Origin: Octopus vulgaris
Lineage: Eukaryota
Assembly: GCA_951406725.2 (NCBI GenBank)
Contig: OX597832.1
Span: 59,706,001 to 59,770,000 of the forward strand
Direction of reading: 5' to 3'
Length of the DNA: 64,000 nt
Positions within the stretch are counted from its first letter, which is position 1, and the number at the start of each line of letters is the position of its first letter. The position numbers and the translations under genes were made by a program. Below are positions 40,280-56,454 of this stretch, one piece after another. Under the pieces are notes generated by a model. That model was not told the origin of the DNA. It was given only the letters and a program-made list of their open reading frames with translations, and ran no database searches.

Positions 40280-40894
40280 GAGAAGAAGAGGAAGAATGGA
40301 AAGGCGATGCAGAATGAGGAGAAGGAAGAGAAGGGGAGGAGTAGGAGTGGAGGTGTGGGAAGAGTGGATGGTGGAGGAGAGAAGAAGAAAAGGAAGAAAA
40401 GGAAGGTGATGAAGGGGAAGAAGAAGAAGAAGAAGAAGAAGAAGAAGAAGAAGAAGAAGAAGAAGAAGAAGAAGAAGGAAAAAGAAGAAGAAGAAGAAGA
40501 AGAAGAAGAAGAAGAAGAAGAAGAAGAAGAAGAAGAAGAAGAAGAAGAAGAAGAAGAAGAAGAAGAAGAAGAAAAAGAATGGAAAGGCGATGCAGAATGA
40601 GGAGAAGGAAGAGAAGATGAGGTGTGGGAAGAGGGGATGGTGGAGGAGAGAAGAAGAAAAGGGAGAAGAAAAGGAAGGTGAAGAAGAAGAAGAAGAAGAA
40701 GAAGAAGAAGAAGAAGAAGAAGAAGAAGAAGAAGAAGAAGAAGAAGAAGAAGAAGAAGAAGAAGAAGAAGAAGAAGAAGAAGACAGAAGACAGAAGAAGT
40801 TGAATCTGCTATAGCCACAAACCCCTAAAATTCAGCATTTTGTTGAACGTGCTAAAGACTCTATCTGCTCGTCCCCTTCAATAATAATAATAAT

Positions 40895-41125
40895 TTATTC
40901 TATTCAAAGCGCAAGGCCTGAAATTTTGCAGGAAGGAGATGAGCGGATTAGATCGACCCAGTATGCAGCTGGTACTTAATTTATTGACCCTAAAAGGATG
41001 GAAAGCAAAGTCGACCTCGGCGGAATTTGAACTCAGAACGTAAAGACGAGCGAAATACCGCTATGCATTTCGCCTACTGTGCTAACGATTTTTACCAGCT
41101 CCCGGCCTTAATAATAATAATAATA

Positions 41126-41156
<31 letters not shown>

Positions 41157-41363
41157 CTCTACGCACAAGGCCTTCAAAATTTTGGAGGAAAGAGACTAGT
41201 CGATTACATCGACCCCAGTGCGTAACTGGTACTTATTTCTTCGACCCCAAAAGAATAAAAGGCAAAGTCGACCTCGGCGGAATTTGAACTCAACGTAGCG
41301 GCAGACGAAATACCGCTAAGCGTTTTGCCCGGCGCGCTAATGATTCTTCCAGCTCGCCACCTT
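40895..41363 (-). mobile_element. Two tandem SINE family A copies in (AAT)n
   Basis: Copies at about 40895-41108 and 41150-41363. Confidence 0.88.
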
Positions 41364-41880
<517 letters not shown>

Positions 41881-42480
41881 GAAATAAATGGTAATAAATA
41901 ATCGCAAGAAATATCTACGTATAGAAAATATGTGGAAGAAAAGCCATTAGCAGAAAGTTCATCAAAACTTGAGTGAAACTCTATCGTTTTAATGCTGTTT
42001 CAAAGATAAACATAATTGAAACTACTTTCTGCTAAATCTCTTTCTCTTTCGTCTTCTCCTCATCTATCTACCCCTTCTCTCTCCCCTGTATCCTCCTCCT
42101 CTCTCCCTATCTCTCTCGCCCTCACTCTCCCCCTCACTCTCTTTCTCTCATATTCTCCTTAACATGCAATATCATTTTTCAAATGGTTGTTTCCTTATTA
42201 TGTAATAAGATTCGCCACCGATGGGCGAACAGCAACGCGGTGTACACAAAATGGCGGCACTATAATGCGAAATCGAATTACGTTACACGCAGTCTAAGCG
42301 CTCTAATGGACACGCCTTCTATTAAATTCCTACAAGGTGTACTTAATCATTTCCTAGTTCAAGTTTCTTATAATATATTTTCTATTATTATTTTGCGAAT
42401 TTCCCTGAAGTATTATTTTTGCGTGACTCCCGTGCGTAGAAGATGCGACCAGATTTCCTTACACACACGCACAAACACAC

Positions 42481-42548
<68 letters not shown>

Positions 42549-42639
42549 ACACATGCACACAACAGAAAATGTTTTAATGCAAAGGGTAGAGTTTATATCT
42601 GTGCGTGTGTGTTTGTGCGTGTATTATTTTCCTCTTCTA

Positions 42640-42830
42640 TTTGTTTGTCACTTGACTGCGGTCATGCTGGAGCACCGCCTTCATTCGAACAAATCGACGC
42701 CAGGACTTATTCTTTGTAAGACTAGTACTTATTCTATCGGTCACTTTTGCTGAACTGCTAAGTTATGGGGACGAAAACACACCAGCATCGGTTGCCAAGC
42801 GATGGTGGGGCGACAAACACAGACACACAC
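42640..42830 (-). mobile_element. SINE family B 3' half
   Basis: TTGACTGCGGTCATGCTGGAGCACCGCC...ACACCAGCATCGGTTG. Confidence 0.8.
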
Positions 42831-43061
42831 ACATATACCTTACATACATCTGACAGTAGTGCAAGTCTGATTTTGTATTTTCGAATAGGTCATGCCGTAT
42901 CAATGATTATCCTGCTAATCCTAGCTACGCTAACTTTGGATGGGCTTTGCCAACAATGTAAGAATGGGAAATCATGGTCTTGTCCCTATTCATGATCTAT
43001 TTTCGTATTTCAGAATTTTTAACTTGGTATTTCTGGGATTATATATGTAGGAACTGGTGAG

Positions 43062-43378
43062 GGTGCGCGGCTTAGTGGCTGGGGTAATCGGCTCACGATC
43101 GTAAGCTCATGGGTTCGATTCCTGATGGAGCGTTGTCTCCTTGAGAAAGACACTTTATTTCACTTTGCACCAGTCCACTCAGCTGGCAAAAATGAGTTGT
43201 ATCTGTATTACAAAGGGCCAACCTTGTCACATTCTGTGTTAAGATGAATCTCCCTGAGGAGTAAGTTAAGGGTACACATGTCTGTAGAGTGTTCAAACCC
43301 TTGTAAGATAATTTCACAAGTATGTTGTTCTGTTGATCATGTCAACTGAAACTCTCACCATCTTAACCGACGGAATAC
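43062..43378 (+). mobile_element. tRNA-derived SINE, family C head with alternative body (C2)
   Basis: A-box CGGCTTAGTGG, B-box GGTTCGATTCC; body matches 61165-61480 (reverse) and 63923-64000. Confidence 0.85.
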
Positions 43379-45209
43379 CATTTCTATAAATACTAACACT
43401 GTAATTATAATAAAGGTCTGAGTGCAAAAAAATGCCTTTTACTACTATCTTCCATCGCTCTATGAAGCGTGCCAGTTAACACATTAATTACTTTATCTTT
43501 CTCTATCTCCTGCATCAATACATATGTTCAGGCATTTATTTGAAAATGCGAGTGTGACCGCTAGATTTAGTAGTGGCTGACCCTTAGCCTCTTTTTTTGA
43601 CAAATTTATGGCCTGCCCTTACATCTTACTGATCTACAAAAATTTATATATCATATCTCTGACATTTAAAAGAATAACTAAGAACACATCTACCATTACC
43701 AATCTATGCGATTTACACTGTTTTTTTAAGAAAACTTATTCTATTGTTTTATGTTTATCCTTTCATCTATTCCTAAATATATATACTGACCGGTGGATTT
43801 GAATTATGTTTTTTTCTTGGTTTTACTTGTAATAACACTTACTAGCTATAGGTTTAAATTCGTGGCATTACAGCTCTTCTGTAGCAAATGTATCATATAC
43901 AGGATCCTGATGAGTTGGCATTCGATTGTATTGCTATAGTAATAAAATTCTCGTATATTATGTAATAATATTGCAATATCCATAAGTTCGAAGATCAGTG
44001 AGAGAATTGTAAATTTAAATAATGGAAAATATTCTCACTCTACTCTCTTTGTCTGTAATTACGCACACACACACACTCATGTATATAACAAAGGCGCCTA
44101 TACGCAATATAAAACCAAAAACGAAAAATTCATTTGTCACTAACTGTGATAGGCAGTGCAATGTAGCACCTACATTGCTAGAAATAACAGTCAGAAACCC
44201 TTACAGCTGCCAGGAAGCACACTGACCGGTGAGATAACTATATATATATATATATATATACATCACTATATATATGTAAATATATGTGTATATATATATA
44301 CATAGTCTCCATACATATATAGTATTCATATATATGTGTACATGGAGATTATATATATTATATGTATCTTATATATATATTATATTACTTGTTGATACAT
44401 ACACACACACACACTCGCACACATACACTCACATATACTTATATACTTGTTGACAGAAAAGAGAACTATCTTTAAACAAATGCTAGAATTCACTGAAGAT
44501 TAGCCGCGTTAAAAAGGGAGATAATTTCGTGACAACGAAGGCGACATTGAGATGAATCCAGACGTGAAACAGAATAAGATGGCGCGATTATAGCATCTAT
44601 AGACTTGATGAGAAATAGTTTAATTTTTTTTTTCTGTTTTTTTTTTCTCTTTATTCAGGATGGAGATTTTAAAACGCAACATCAACATGAACACTAATAA
44701 CAAAAATGATTAAAAAACAAAACAAAAACGATAATATTACCAGCAACAGCAAAAGACAATAAGTGAAAAATAAGAAATTTCAGTTAGAAAACGCCATTGC
44801 CAATGCAGAGGAAATGTGTGTTACGATTCTCAGTTGAATTTTGGAAACAAAGAATGAGTCGGCATGTCGCTGATCAAAAATGGCACAGTCGTGTTTAATA
44901 TATGGTTGATAGTCCGTTTTATTTCCAGAAACAAAGACATTCCATCACGCTATCTTGGAACACAAATAATTATAAGAATAGGAGATAACAAAGAATTTGG
45001 ATATGTTTCGTTGTGTCTTGTTTTACTTTTGCCTTCGTTTGTGTGGATTATGTTGTTTGTGTTGTTTATTGGTTATTTTGTTTTCTACTTTTACAAATTG
45101 TTTGTTTAAAGTTGTGTTAATATTGTTAATTATTATACTCGTCACAATTATTATTATTACTATTATCATTATTATTATTACTATTATCATTATTATTATT
45201 ATCATTATA

Positions 45210-45240
<31 letters not shown>

Positions 45241-45329
45241 GTATTGTTGTTGTTGTTGTTGTTACTATCATTATTATCATTATTATTATTATTATCTTTA
45301 TGATTGTTGTTATTATTATTATCATCATA

Positions 45330-45361
<32 letters not shown>

Positions 45362-45559
45362 CATCATCATCATCATCATCATCATTGTTAATCCTAATAT
45401 TATCGTCATCAACATCATCAACATCGTCATCATCATGACCATGATGATCATTATTATTATTACTCATAGTACTTTATCTTTTTCAACATTTGAAACAAAA
45501 AGAAAGCAATAATATTGAATTCTTAAGAAATCGTTATATTAATTAACGTCATTATTGCC

Positions 45560-45606
<47 letters not shown>

Positions 45607-45608
45607 GA

Positions 45609-45686
<78 letters not shown>

Positions 45687-45706
45687 CATTATTATTATCA
45701 TTATTA

Positions 45707-45744
<38 letters not shown>

Positions 45745-45823
45745 ACTATTATTATCGTTGTCATTATAATTCTTGTTGTTATTATTGTCATTGCTGTTGT
45801 TTTCATTATTATTATTATTTTTG

Positions 45824-45857
<34 letters not shown>

Positions 45858-46165
45858 AAGTAATAGCGGTGTGTGGTGGTGGTGGTGGCGGGGGTGGTTG
45901 CAGTTTTATAATTGTTACTATCTTTATTATTGCGTGCTGTTGTTGTTGCTCTTTTTACTATCACTGTTGCTTTTGTAGTTATTGGCGATTTTGTTGTTAT
46001 TGGTGTTGTTGTTGTTGTTGTTGCTGCCGTTGTAAGAATAACCTGGTTAAAGAAGAAAACATGGCTGAAGGGGAATCTGTTATGTTTTATTGTAAACGGC
46101 ATCGCCAAAAAACAAAACAACAAATCATTATTATTGTCATCATCTTCATCAACAACAACAACGAC

Positions 46166-46305
<140 letters not shown>

Positions 46306-46431
46306 GCATTAAATGGAATTTAAAAAATATATTGTGAACCGACGGAAATTCTTAATGTGGATGCGTAACTATTCTGTTAAATATTTTATTCATGATTTTC
46401 ATTATTATTGTTGTTATTATTATTATTATTG

Positions 46432-46572
<141 letters not shown>

Positions 46573-46990
46573 TGTCGATCGTCTTGCCGTATTAGTATTT
46601 TATCAGAATTACCGTTATGACATGGTTTGACATCGATTTAGTTTAAATGCCAAGTATCCCTACTGTTTTAAACCATTTGTTTTGTGAAGAATGAAGTCTG
46701 TTTCTTCAAGATAAATTGATTAAATCCTCTGGCATTTCAAAGAATTATTTCATCTGCCATTTTGTTCTTTTATTTTTCTTATGTCCATCATGATTTCCTT
46801 TTCTTTGTCTTTTCTTTCTGTTTTCACACATGAAACCTCGACTTTCTTACTGAATATAATCGAATAAACCTTCTCCAAAGAAACGAGATTGTGGAAAGCT
46901 ATTAATTAAAGAGATACACACACAGTTTACAGAGGTGACATACTGTATGACATCTTTTCCTGCTATTATCATTATTAATATTAATATTAA

Positions 46991-47029
<39 letters not shown>

Positions 47030-47454
47030 AATTTGATGTTCAGGTATAATTCTCAAAATCATGAAGCACTTCGCAAAAACGTACAAAAACCTGAATTGCG
47101 TAAGAACCAGTTGATGGTCACTTCTGCTCAGACACTGCATCTGAACTTGGTGAAAATAGCAGCTAAATGATTTTTCTTTTTCCATGGAAATTTACTATTT
47201 AAGAAAAGGTGGCTAGAATGGTCGATAAAGCATTTGAGAAAAACGAAAATACGAAACGTCTATCGAAAGAACGTTTTCCGTCATATGCTTATACAAATGG
47301 CAGACTGTAGATTAAATCACATCAACAATGCTTAAATTGTATATTGGTTTTAAATAGGAATATTTTTCTAATGAGGTTATCATTTGAGGATTTGCATAAC
47401 AAATATGAATAGAAACGTGGTTAGAACAAAATTTGGTTAAACCACAAAATGTAA

Positions 47455-47892
<438 letters not shown>

Positions 47893-48224
47893 ACCTGAAT
47901 AACAACAACAACAACAACAACAAGAATGCATGAATATATGTATGTGAGTGACTTTGTGATGACCTCCTTATCAGTTGGTGTGTGTATATGGGGCATTTGG
48001 ATAGAGTGCTTGCGTAACCGAAGTTAATACGTATGTGCGTATATTCTGTGTTTGTGCCTATGTATGTGTGTGCGAAGGGTCTGACACGTGTGTGTTGTAG
48101 GGAGATGTTTTGAGTCGAATACGATGGAGTTGTCAGGTGGAATAGGGGTGACAAAGTAGGTAAGTGATGTGAAGTGGGGTTGCGTGATTATATAGAAATG
48201 CTATCGTACGTGTACGGAGATTCG

Positions 48225-49545
48225 AAGACTACTGGAACGGTAAAAATGTATAAAACTTCCCAAAATTTTATCATTTAAGTATAGATGTGCTAATCTAGAA
48301 TTCAACTATACGTATGGGAATACAAACATAAAACGTACAATTCTGCACACATACATACATACATACATACATACATACATACATACATACATTCATATAT
48401 GCATAGATACATAGTTACACACATACACATAAATACATACATACATACACTGTTGGTGTTCTTGAAATTCCAATCAAAGAGTCTTGGATCTAGGCTAGAA
48501 GCCAACTCTTTCTCTATTGGTATCATATCTTGAAAGAAAGCTGAATAATGACATACATACATACATACATACATACATACAATCATACATACATACATAC
48601 ATACATACATACACACACATATATACATACATACACACACAGATATATACATAGGTACTGCAGTTAATCTGTCTAGATTACAAGTTCAGGTTTATGCCTG
48701 TAATTATTGGGGCCCTGGCATATCTAACACACTGCCTAAATACCAAGCTAGAGAAATTAGGCTTCTCAAAACCAGAAAGGAGAAAGCTAATTTGAAGACT
48801 ACAGATCCAATCCGTTACTGGGCCTGTAAAAATCTGTAACACTTTCCAGAAGTTTATCATTTAAATATATATGAGCATGTCTAGATATGTAACTATGTGC
48901 ATGAAAATCTATACATAAAATATACAAATCTAACATACATACCTGCATACATACATACAAAAATACCCTGTTGTTGGTGTTTAAATTCATATGAAGGAAC
49001 CTTGGGTCTAGGGTAGAAACCGGTTTTTTCTCTATTGCAAGAAATCTTGAAACAAACTAAATAAGGTCATACATACATAAAAAGAGAAACTGACCGGCTG
49101 ATTCGTACATTACAAGTGCAATCAGTGGAATAGTAAAAATATGCAAGACTTTTCTCAAATTCCAAATGTGAATTTGTCTGTGTTAACAACATCGCAATGA
49201 TGGAGCCTTGTATCTTTGATGGAAACCGGCTCCCTCCTCAGTGGAAGATTTATAATAATTAAAAAGTAAAAGAGACACATACATACATACATACATACAT
49301 ACATACATACATACATACATACATACATACATACATACATACATACATACATACATACATACATACATACATACATGCACACATACATACATACATACAT
49401 ACATACATACATACATACATACATACATACATACATACACTGTTGGTGTTGTTGAAATTCTAATGAAGAAGCTTTGGATCTGGGTTTGAAACCGACTCTT
49501 TCTCTATTGGCAAGAAATCTTGAAATAAGCTCAATAATGACATAG
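48225..49545 (+). repeat. Diverged tandem cluster of two alternating units separated by (ATAC)n
   Basis: Unit X (GTAAAAAT...TTTATCATTTAA.TATA.ATG.GC...TCTAGA) near 48230 and 48815, partial near 49125; unit Y at 48450, 48968, 49185 and 49440. Confidence 0.7.
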
Positions 49546-49785
49546 ATACATGCATACATACATACATACACACATACGCAAAGGACTGAAGTACATTTCC
49601 CATCTATTAAATTCCCCGCACAGTGTGATATGGAATTCAAGTCATTGGTAGAAGGCATATGCAAAAGATTCCGCTCTGTGGAATCGAAAGCGGAACGTGA
49701 TTACTACGACGTTAACTGCTTAACCACACAACCAAGCCAGCAACATTAACTGTATTAGGTTTCAGTTAAATGGATCAGAATACGC

Positions 49786-49823
<38 letters not shown>

Positions 49824-50429
49824 GTGTTTGTTTGTGTATGTAGGTGTGTGTGTGTGTGCATGTGTGTGTCAGTATGTGTGTTTCTGTGTGTGTTTGTGAG
49901 TGTGGGTGTATGTGTGTATGAGCACGTTTTATGAATGTGTATTGCTGTGTGTATCTCTCATCCTGTATAAATGTGCTTGATGGTTATAGTGTGTGCGTGC
50001 ATGCGTGTGTGTGTGTGTGTGTGTGTGTGTGCCTCTGTTTGCGTGACTTGGTGTATGTGCATGTGTGTTTTATGTATGTGCATCGGTTTGTGTGTCTGTC
50101 TGTCTGTTTGTCCCTTTCTTATTCTGTATGAAAGTATATTTGAGGTGTGCATGTGTGCGTGTTTAGTATTAGTATGGGCGTAATTAATATTTGGTGTGTG
50201 CGTGAGTGTGCTACTTCTGTGCGTTCGTGTGTGTATGTGTGTATGTGTGTGTTTGTGTGTTTGCGTGTGTGTATGTGTGTGTGTATGTGTGTGTGTGTAT
50301 GGAGCAAATTATGAGTTCATGTCCGTTCGTACATCGACATGCTTTCAGATTTTGAAATCTTACAAGAACATAAAAATACATGTGCAAATATGTGTGTGTA
50401 TGTGTACACATACGTATGTATGCATGTAT

Positions 50430-50486
<57 letters not shown>

Positions 50487-50818
50487 TGTGCGTGCGTGTG
50501 TCTATGCGTGTTTGTAGACATAAATTCATTTACATATTGTTGAAAAATTCGAAGCCGTAACAATGAGATTTTAATATAAAATAATTTTATTATTCCTGCT
50601 TTTCTTCTAATTATATTGTTTCGCAGAATTATTTACAAAGAATTTCTTAACTCGAAATATAATTTGGAAAAAGAAAAAGTAATAATGACAATAATGAACC
50701 TCTGTTTAATTACAACCGCAATGTTATGGCTTTTATATTTTATGTGAAACTTCATATATACAATGTTTTAATTAAACCTCACAGACCTTTTAAAACCAAA
50801 TATATATCTGTATGCTTG

Positions 50819-50912
<94 letters not shown>

Positions 50913-50986
50913 AAGGCCAAGGAGCTAGGTTCGTGTGATGAGCAAACGAAACTTGCATGGAACCGAATCAAACTATTTAAAATAAC

Positions 50987-51202
50987 CCTTTCCACTAAAG
51001 GCACAAGGCCTAAAATGTTGATGGAGGGAACTTGTCTACTACATCGACGTCACTGTTTCACTGGTGCTTAATTTATTGACCCTGAAAGGATGAAAGGCCA
51101 AAGTCGACCCGGAGAAATCTTAAGTTGGAACATGAAGACTGATGAAATGCCGCCAAGCATTTCGCCCGCCGGGCTAACGATTCTACCAGCTCATTGCTTT
51201 GT
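50987..51202 (-). mobile_element. SINE family A with a 15-bp TSD
   Basis: Flanks AACTATTTAAAATAA / AACTATTTTAAATAA. Confidence 0.85.
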
Positions 51203-51261
51203 AACTATTTTAAATAATGATATATGCAACTCCAAGATATATGTTAAATAATAATGAAATC

Positions 51262-51612
51262 ATTGAATACAGTGCTCAGGTGCACCACAACTTTTCGAAA
51301 GTGCGTATAAAACATATGCAGTAATGCACAAATGTCTGGAAAGTGAACAGTGTATGAATCAGATACATGCTTGCGTTTGTATGGAGGGGACAAAATCAGG
51401 TATAGTGTTGGCGAATCTCAGGAAGCATGGAAGTTTTGAAGGATGCATTGCTTCGACAACTAACAACTGATGCCGGCAGTTTGTTCCATACTTCAGCAAC
51501 TCTTAGCGTGAAAAAATACTTCCGAAAGTCATGGGAGTTGTGCTGTTTTCTGACTTAGTAAACACGTCCACGGGTGTTAGACAGGTACAGTTTGAAAAAG
51601 TGCTCAGAGTTA
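51262..51612 (-). mobile_element. 5'-truncated CR1-like LINE (ORF2 C-terminus and 3' UTR)
   Basis: EHFFKLYLSNTRGRVY*VRKQHNSHDFRKYFFTLRVAEVWNKLPASVVSCRSNASFK: CR1 terminal motif TRG..FF..RV..WN.LP..VV..FK. Confidence 0.85.
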
Positions 51613-51649
51613 TTGCCTCTTCCTTTCCTTTACCCACTCACTCGTATAT

Positions 51650-52190
51650 ATTCCAGGCTGAATAAAATGCAAGCAACGTTTTGAAAGATGAAATTCACCA
51701 TAGTATATTTGAAAAATGTGGAAATTTTATTCATGAAAGTACCATTGTAGTCAACACATTTTTGCTAACGAGTTACAAGTTTGTTTATTCTGGTAACATA
51801 AAAATCTGGAGTTCTGGAGCTGATGACCTCTTTGTACGCACTTTCAGCATCGGTTTGATTTTTGAACTCCTTCCCTTGCAGGAAACCATAAGGCTGCTTG
51901 AAAAAGCCGTAGTTGGTAGGAGAAAGGTCTGGGGAATAAGCTCGGTGGGAAAGAACCTCGTAGCCAAGTTCCCTGAACTCCTTGGGCTTCATTAGTGAAA
52001 CGTGTGGTCGAGCTGACCCTCTTCTGTTGACCGGTCTGGGGCGGAGGAGTAGCAGTTTTTCGTTCATTTTGACAATTTCGTGGCAATTTTTCTGCAGAAA
52101 TGGTTTTTCCGGGTTTTAAGAACTTATAGTGGATGATTACAGCAGTACACCACCAAACAGTCTCCATAACCTTCGTTTTGAAGAGCTCGT
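51650..52190 (-). pseudogene. Fossil mariner (DD34D, Hsmar1/Mos1-like) transposase, 3' half
   Basis: KVMETVWW..IIHYKFLKPGKTI, ARPHVS, LGYEVLSHRAYSPDLSPTNY..F; frameshifts and deletions. Confidence 0.9.
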
Positions 52191-52216
52191 ATATAGGGAA
52201 GGTTTTCCGTGCTTCA

Positions 52217-52274
<58 letters not shown>

Positions 52275-52478
52275 CATGTGTGTATAAATCAGTTTGACTC
52301 AGGTCCATAACATCTGAGGTTTCCTTGGAGCGTAAGGCGCGTCCATCTAGTCAGATCACTGGGAACCTGGGTGAAACGGTAATAATACCTGTAACTCCTA
52401 CTAAGTGTGATCTGTGCCACTTTCATTTCTCCAAGCAGTCGCTTACACGCACGCACATACATATACATACATACATAG

Positions 52479-52552
<74 letters not shown>

Positions 52553-52577
52553 GTGTGTATATGTGTGTGTGTGTGTG

Positions 52578-52607
<30 letters not shown>

Positions 52608-52612
<5 letters not shown>

Positions 52613-52773
52613 TGAAAGAATGGAGTCGAACGAAGATGTTAACAAAATTCCTTTACTCTCGACATATGTTTCGAAGACGGCATATTTTTATTTATTTATG
52701 CTGTCTTCGAAACATATGTCGAGAGTAAAGGAATTTTGTTAACATCTTCGTTCGACTCCATTCTTTCATTCAT
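52608..52773. repeat. Fold-back inverted repeat: 77-bp arms, 12-nt loop, one mismatch
   Basis: 52608-52684 versus 52697-52773; each arm contains GAAACATATGTC. Confidence 0.95.
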
Positions 52774-52930
52774 TCATATACAACACACAAATTTCTACAC
52801 AAGAAACCGGAGTTTCTACCCTTGACAGGTCGCTTCAACCGTGTTTTCTGACGTGAATTTGCTACCCAGGTTTCGGTTAAACGAATTTTCCATGCTGACG
52901 ATGAACAAAGGATAATTCATTCACCTACTC

Positions 52931-53032
<102 letters not shown>

Positions 53033-53707
53033 TACTATATTACTATATTTTTATTATTATTGTCATTGAGAAAAGCGCAAGCCATCAATGTGACACTGAG
53101 ATACAAGTATACCAAGCCCAGCGTACCCGTCATGACTTCCTGTCTGATAAGGGTTCACCAGGCACATGAGTCACAACCATATGTTCGCGACATGATGATC
53201 TCATATCATGATAAACAACGCATTACCTTGCATGTGGGGGCCCAGTTAAAATTTTCTTCAGATCGTGTGACGCATCCTACTTGAATAAGGGTTGTTTAAG
53301 TATGTTGAACGAAACACCCATGTTTTCAGCGGTGAATTAATCACATCGCAAAGAATTCCTCTCAACACACGTCTATGATGCTTCCCCACTACTCCTTCTT
53401 GTGATCAGAGATGTACATATCGTCAACCACCAAGGTACTAGGTCAGCTGATTAATGGCAAACAACGGACAAGTAAATCTGTGCTATGGGGCAGAATATTT
53501 GCTGTAGCCCATCTTTTATACCAAGACAAAACATTTACATGATGACACTTCCAATCTCTTAAGATCAGAAGCCATGAGAGCCACTGCCTGGTACTGCATC
53601 AGTATCCTTATTATTAATATTATTATCATCATCATCATTATTATTATTAATATTATTATTATTTAAGACAGTTTGACTCGGTCCCATGGAACATGTGTGC
53701 ATGCGTA

Positions 53708-53778
53708 GGTCTGGGAATCGAAACCGCGATCCTACGACCGCGAGTCCGCTGCCTTAACAACTGGGCCATTGCGCCTTC
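53708..53778 (-). mobile_element. SINE family D head only
   Basis: Nearly identical to 29835-29900. Confidence 0.8.
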
Positions 53779-53893
53779 ACATATATATATATATATATAT
53801 ATGAGTTGAATGATGTTACGTTATCACGTTTTTTATTTATTGCATCTTAAAGAAGGTTTTTACAATGTTGAAGTATACATAATTACACAAATT

Positions 53894-53955
<62 letters not shown>

Positions 53956-54698
53956 CAGAGAGAGACAGAGAGAGACAGACAGACAGGCAGACAGACAGAC
54001 AGACAGACAGAAAGGAACAGAAGGAGATGGAGTGAAAGACAAACAGACAGATTGATTTACAGAGAGAGAGAGAGATGTGTGTGTGTAGGTACGTATGTTA
54101 ACCCCTGTATACACACAGCCATTATAAGTATATAAATGATGTATATCAACGACTCGTGCCACTCTGTCTGCTGTATATTCTTGTTTAATTTATCTGTTAA
54201 ACTAAATTGGAATTCCTTCAGTACGCACATATCACTTACCCCAACGTATTCACTTCTAATCCACCCCGTTCCCGTTCTACCTCCCTCCTAGACTCCACCC
54301 CACACCCGCTTATCTTTTACTTTTTTTCTCTCCTCTCGTTGATGTTTTTTGTTTATTCCTGTATCATATTATCACTTTTATTCATTATATATCACTACCT
54401 ATTTCTCTTACCTCTCTTTTTCTCACCCCCTCCACGCCTGTTTCTCTTTCTCTCTCTTTCGCCACCCTCGTTTCTCTTTCGCTTTCCCTTCCACTTATTC
54501 AAAGGTATTCTGTGTCTCTCTGATTGTCTCCTCTCTCTCTCACCCCCTCTCCCTCTCTCTCTTTCGCTTTTTTGGGGGTTGTCTGTAAGCTTAATATTTT
54601 TTACTTACACTCTGGCTCACGTACTTCCGTAAAACAAAGCCCCACCTCACACACAACACACACACAAACACGCAACACTCAAACGCGTATACGGTGGG

Positions 54699-54733
<35 letters not shown>

Positions 54734-54739
54734 TATACA

Positions 54740-54791
<52 letters not shown>

Positions 54792-56214
54792 GATACATAC
54801 ATACCTACATACGTACATACATGTATGTATGTATATATAAACATATTTGTGTGTATAAAGCGTGTGTTTGTATATATATATATACATTTATATATATATA
54901 TATATGTATATATATTTATATATGATATATATATACGTATATATATGTTTATGTATATATGTGTATGTGTATAGAGTGTGTATTTGTATATATATATGTG
55001 CATATATATGTATACATATATGTATGTATATATATCAGTATATGCATATATATATATATATATGTATGCATGTATTTATATATGTATGTATGTATTTACG
55101 TATGTATGTACGTATATGTGTGTGTAAGTATGTATTAGTGTTTGCGTATACATGCGTCTATATGTATATTTGTATGAACAGAAATCATGGCCACCATATT
55201 ATTTCCAACGGAAAAAAAATAAACGTAGTTTTTTTTTGTCTTCCTAATTTCATTCCCTTGTTATTCTCCATATTATTTATTCTATTTTCATTATTACTAT
55301 TACCATCATTATTATTATAATCATCATCCTCATCATCATCATCATCATCATTATCGTCCTAATCATAATCATCATCGTCGTCGTCATTATCTTTATCCAC
55401 ATTACTATTATTGTTATTGTTGTTGTTGTTTTATTTCCTATCTATCGTCTCTGTAAATATAAATCGTTTGATACACCTTTTTAGGTCAAAATGAATCAGA
55501 AATGTCTTTCACGTGTCCTTAATTCATTTTTTATTCATGCGTTCCTGCTTTTGTTTCAATTAAAATTGCATTTGGCCAGGACATGTCCCTGACATAGGCA
55601 AAACAGCCGATATTTAATTATTCATCGCTGGTTCGCAACTCAAAGCTATTCTATTTATTACCTGAATCATTTGTTTAATATTGTCTCTGGTTTTTATTTA
55701 TTTATTTATCTGTTCTTTTATACATTTATTTATTTATTCACATGTTTCTTTACTTATTTTTGACTGTCATACGATAGTGGACCGACGTGAGAGCGAAAGT
55801 GTTTGATGTTCATGTGAAAATAAGGGGAAGAGGACTACATACATACATACATACATACATACATACATAACACATACATACACACGCACGCACACACACA
55901 CATATATATATGTGTGTATGCATAAAATGTGTATTAGTATATATATATATATATTGACATAATATATATCTATATATGTGTGTGTGTATAGAGTGTGTAT
56001 TTGTATGTGTATATATATATGTGTATAGGTATACTGTGCGTGCGTGTGTGCATGTGTGTGCCTGTATGTGAATAGACATACAGATACATAGATATACATA
56101 TGGTGTATATATATATATAGTGAGGCATGAATATGTACGAATATACAATATATATATATACATCCACATATATATTTATATATATATATATACATACATA
56201 CATACATACATACA

Positions 56215-56246
<32 letters not shown>

Positions 56247-56454
56247 CATACATGTGCGTGTGTAGCTGGGAGGAGAGAAAAATGACAAAGGGAAGGGACG
56301 AGGGGTAAGAGCAGGTGAGTAGGAGTGAGGTATCTCAATAGTCGTGGTGTTTGCAGTGAGTTGTGACAAGCTGATGATTGCTATAGAGAAACATATAAAT
56401 AATCAATGAATCGAACAGCTCCACCTTTCAATCACCAATACTTCCTATCCCTCA

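Noticed and set aside
42245-42262. YY1-like AAAATGGCGGC promoter motif
   Set aside because: A single short motif with no supporting transcription-start evidence
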